DNA from: the human T2T-CHM13v2.0 reference genome, Homo sapiens
NCBI RefSeq assembly: GCF_009914755.1
Contig: NC_060936.1
Direction: 5' to 3' (one strand)
DNA length: 64,000 nucleotides
The notes under the pieces were generated by a model. That model searched no databases and had not been told where the DNA came from. It worked only from the letters and a program-made list of their open reading frames with translations. Position 1 is the stretch's first letter. Each line of letters opens with the position of its first letter. Positions 57,582 to 64,000 of this stretch are shown here, in pieces. A program made the position numbers and the translations under genes.

Positions 57582-58788
57582 TGAATTCTTCCATCTTATC
57601 TTGCCTACTCCAGATAAAACCTGTTTTCTTTTGTCCCTTAGTTGTACTGCTGCCCTGCTTGCTGTCCTCAGACTTTGACCTCCTTTGTTGTCAGCATCAG
57701 ATCAGGGAAAAGCTTTGAAACTTTGGTTCCTAACAAAGCAGTATGTAGATGCTAAGAGGCAGTCCGCCCATGTCCATCATTCCTGTCCCCTTCCCTCATA
57801 CCATGTCACCCTGCCTGGGTTTTTCCAGAGAATTGTCTTGCAGTTCCAGGTTTCCATTCCTAGGTTTATAGTCACCATCAAGCTTGTTACCTCCTGACTT
57901 TCCCAGAGTGATGTTTCCAACTTTAGATCTGTTGGAAGAAAGAAGAAAGGACACCCTCTCTCCCTCCATATTCTCCCCCTCCTGTAGAAATTTCTTCTGT
58001 CCCTGGTGTATTAACTCCGGGCGAGCGTAGCATAAATCAATCAGCAGGTAGAGATTAGTTTAGAATTCACCAGCTGTTCCTCCCTGTAATTGGATGTAAC
58101 TATGCAGGACACCTTTTGAAACAGTTATCCAGTTACTAAATGCCAGACCTGTCATGGGTCTTCAGCTGACTGCGACGGATTAGCCCCTAAAGAGCTAGCG
58201 ATTTAGCAGCCTGCATCTCCGCCCCCTTTGCCAGGGAGAGCCTGGGAATGGGCTCAGTGGTATGCTGGATGCTTCTTTCAGCTTGCAGAAAAGAAAGCTA
58301 AGATAGATCATAGGGCAGGGTTTGCCTTTCTTTGGAGGAGGTTTTTGTAGCCTTTCCCCATTCCTCAGCTTCATACAGTGAGTGAGGGTCTATGGAAGTG
58401 TTCTGTGCTTCTAGTGTTTTTTGTGTTCTCTGGCACTGCTTCCTGACATGGGGTAGCTCCTAGGAAACACTTGATGAGAATGGTTTTAGGAGAGGTCTAG
58501 ATTGCAGACAGCTGCAGAGCCTCACTGTAGGGCTGGTAGGCTTCTGCCTTCAGACAGTCTTGGAAATGTGAGGTGGGGTTGCTTATGGCAGGGTCTTTTA
58601 TTTATTTTTCTTGGATTACTCACTGCCCATTCTCTGCCTCTACAATCCTTCCTTTTCCATGTCAGTATTTCTCCCTTGCCCCATGCCTTGAAGGAGAGAA
58701 ATCCAAGATCCCAGGGCAAAACATAGTCACTAATCATTCTGGCTTCCAGCTCTAGTGACCCAACCCTGTCTTCTTTCCCTCTGACCAG

Positions 58789-58870
58789 TACTATGACGAC
58801 ACCTACCCCAGTGTCAAGGAGCAAAAGGCCTTTGAGAAGAACATTTTCAACAAGACCCATCGGACTGACA
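58789..58870 (+). CDS. COPZ1: COPZ1 exon 3
   Basis: ctgaccag|[28 protein letters not shown]|gtaggt; 82 nt. Confidence 0.97.
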
Positions 58871-59220
58871 GTAGGTCATTTTCCTTTCACTACTACCCGT
58901 GCTGGGGGGAACCATGGTGGAAAGGGGGTGGTAACAGGGCTGCAGAGAAAGGATGAAATGACTCTGCCTTTTTCTTTTTTTTTCCTTCTTCCCCTTGTAT
59001 AATAAACTCTTCAGAATGTAATGGGGAGGTGAGTGTACCTCACGCGGGAATACCATGCTGGAAGGTTGGCTGTTAGCTACCTGTCTAGTCCCTGGATTTA
59101 TGAGCCTCACTTGACAAATTTAATTGCAGCTCTGCTTATTGTACCGCATCCATTAGGGCAGGTAAATGGAAGTCTGTAAAGGTGACCGCTCTGCATTTTC
59201 ACCTCCGAAGGATCGACTAG

Positions 59221-59740
<520 letters not shown>

Positions 59741-59807
59741 GTAACTCCTTCTTTCCTACTTCCTTATCTCAAGCCACCCACTATTTTTACTTTTTTTCCC
59801 CCACCAG

Positions 59808-59899
59808 GTGAAATTGCCCTCTTGGAAGGCCTGACAGTGGTATACAAAAGCAGTATAGATCTCTATTTCTATGTGATTGGCAGCTCCTATGAAAATGAG
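59808..59899 (+). CDS. COPZ1: COPZ1 exon 4
   Basis: ccaccag|[32 protein letters not shown]|gtgaga; 92 nt. Confidence 0.97.
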
Positions 59900-60449
59900 G
59901 TGAGAATCCCCACCCCTCTTTGCTATTTCTGATCCTACTTTCTAAACCACAGGCAGTACATAGCCACTGGTTTGGGGCCCTAATAGAGCCGTGTTCCTCT
60001 GGCTTCTGACCAAGCTAATGAAGTTGTCAGAGATCCCACCAGCCTCACAAACATGGCCCGGCAAATGAATCGCCTAGAAAGGAAGTTTTCCTAGATTAAT
60101 CTTTTGCATCCATTAGGAAACATCATATATGTTTTAATACCTTTCCCTGAGTAGTGTTTTTTAAGATGGATTTCTGAGGTATGGTCAAGACTGCAGGGGG
60201 ATACTTGCTTCTTCTATGAAGGGTCCATACCTGACTGAGTTTGAGCCAATTAGCTAACAACCTGGGTCATGTTGAAACCATACATTCTGAATGGATCACT
60301 GGAGAAGACCTTGGGTATAGTCCTAACCTGCTTCCTATATGCAGGAAAAGCTGTTTGCCTCAGATAGCAACTTCTAGGAGAATAGATAAATAAAAATAAG
60401 CCCCCAGATAATTTGAGGCAAAAGTGAAAGTTTGAGAAAGTCAACTCTT

Positions 60450-61690
<1,241 letters not shown>

Positions 61691-62042
61691 TAACTCTGAA
61701 GCCTTCCTCTGACCTCAGCTATTGCTTGGTTAGTAATTTCTCTACCTAAGACATCAGGTAACACATATACAGTTGGTGAAGACATTGTAGAGGACTGTGA
61801 CAGGGAAGTTCTGTTTAAACTTTTGGCTAAAAGATGTTGAATTGTGGAATCATGTAGCAGAATTTATTTCTGTGAGAAATCACAGATCCTTTTCCTGTTG
61901 TGCTCTCACTTCCACTTTATGTTTTTGGTCCTTTGTGAAAGCCTGTGTCTTTTGATGTTTAATGAATTAGGAGGTTTTGTTTTTAGGTAGCAGCTTTCAG
62001 GGCCTTGAACCTTATCCTTCTGCCTCCTCTGTTTCCCAACAG

Positions 62043-62098
62043 CTGATGCTTATGGCTGTTCTGAACTGTCTCTTCGACTCATTGAGCCAGATGCTGAG
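62043..62098 (+). CDS. COPZ1: COPZ1 exon 5 (gene continues beyond the window)
   Basis: cccaacag|LMLMAVLNCLFDSLSQML AG|gtgagc; 56 nt; phases consistent with exons 1-4. Confidence 0.96.
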
Positions 62099-62258
62099 GT
62101 GAGCAGGACATTCTTTTTTTTCCCCTCAAGTTATGATGGAAAGAGCAGGGCATTGTTGATTTCTTTTTGGGAGATAAAGTAACCATTCTTCAGGCCCAGG
62201 GATTGTAGGGGATTGGCAAAGGCTCCAGGGAGTTGATTTAGTTTTAGAAGTTGGGTTT

Positions 62259-63460
<1,202 letters not shown>

Positions 63461-64000
63461 ACAGGAAGCTTCTGCCATTTACCCTCTCCTCCCTTTCCAC
63501 CTTCCCACTAGCCCTCTGTTCTCTGTTACCCGTGTAGATGGGTAATAGAAGAGATATAAGTTACTTTTCCTGAAAACATCCAGGGCTCTGAACTTCATTC
63601 CCCCAGCAGCTCCCAAGTGAACCCAGTACAGACAGCCATCCAGACCAGAACAGCAGGCACTCTCAGCCCTGCAAAATCAGCAGGGTGAATGGCTCAGATT
63701 TCCTCAGGAAGGGGATGATTTATTTCTTATCCAGGTGAATGAATAGTAATTCATTCGGGTAATCTAGTGAAAGACTCAAACTGACAGATGTGACAGGCCA
63801 CATGCACCAACCAACGGATCTGAGGCTGGTGTATGCAGACCCTGCCCCCTCTTTGGGCTTCTTTTCAGGGCCTGAGCAGAGCTGGTAAGGGATAGGGAGA
63901 AGAGGGAACAGAGAATGTCTCAGGAGGTTTGTCAGAGCTTGAGTACAAATAAGGTTTGCATTGAACCCCTCTCACCTCCGGCCACCTCCAGACTGAGTCT

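Overview
Primate genomic DNA, almost certainly human chr12q13, and very Alu-rich. It contains the 3' end of HNRNPA1 (+; last two coding exons, two proximal poly(A) sites and a distal spliced 3' UTR) and the complete NFE2 gene (-; p45 NF-E2, 373 aa, two alternative first exons). A repeat-filled spacer of about 24 kb carries a GATA/RUNX enhancer and a U6 pseudogene. COPZ1 exons 1-5 (+) follow, with MIR148B in intron 1. Most ORF-track entries are Alu or antisense artefacts. I found no new protein-coding system. The best leads are regulatory: an NMD-type HNRNPA1 3' UTR whose acceptor is itself an hnRNP A1 motif, uORFs in both NFE2 leaders, a possible divergent transcript from the NFE2 promoter through MIR148B, two homeodomain-motif-rich islands in COPZ1 introns (one with a palindromic poly(A) signal and a candidate poison exon), and an Alu-U6-oligo(T) arrangement. 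All were read by eye and are untested. Repeat boundaries are approximate.
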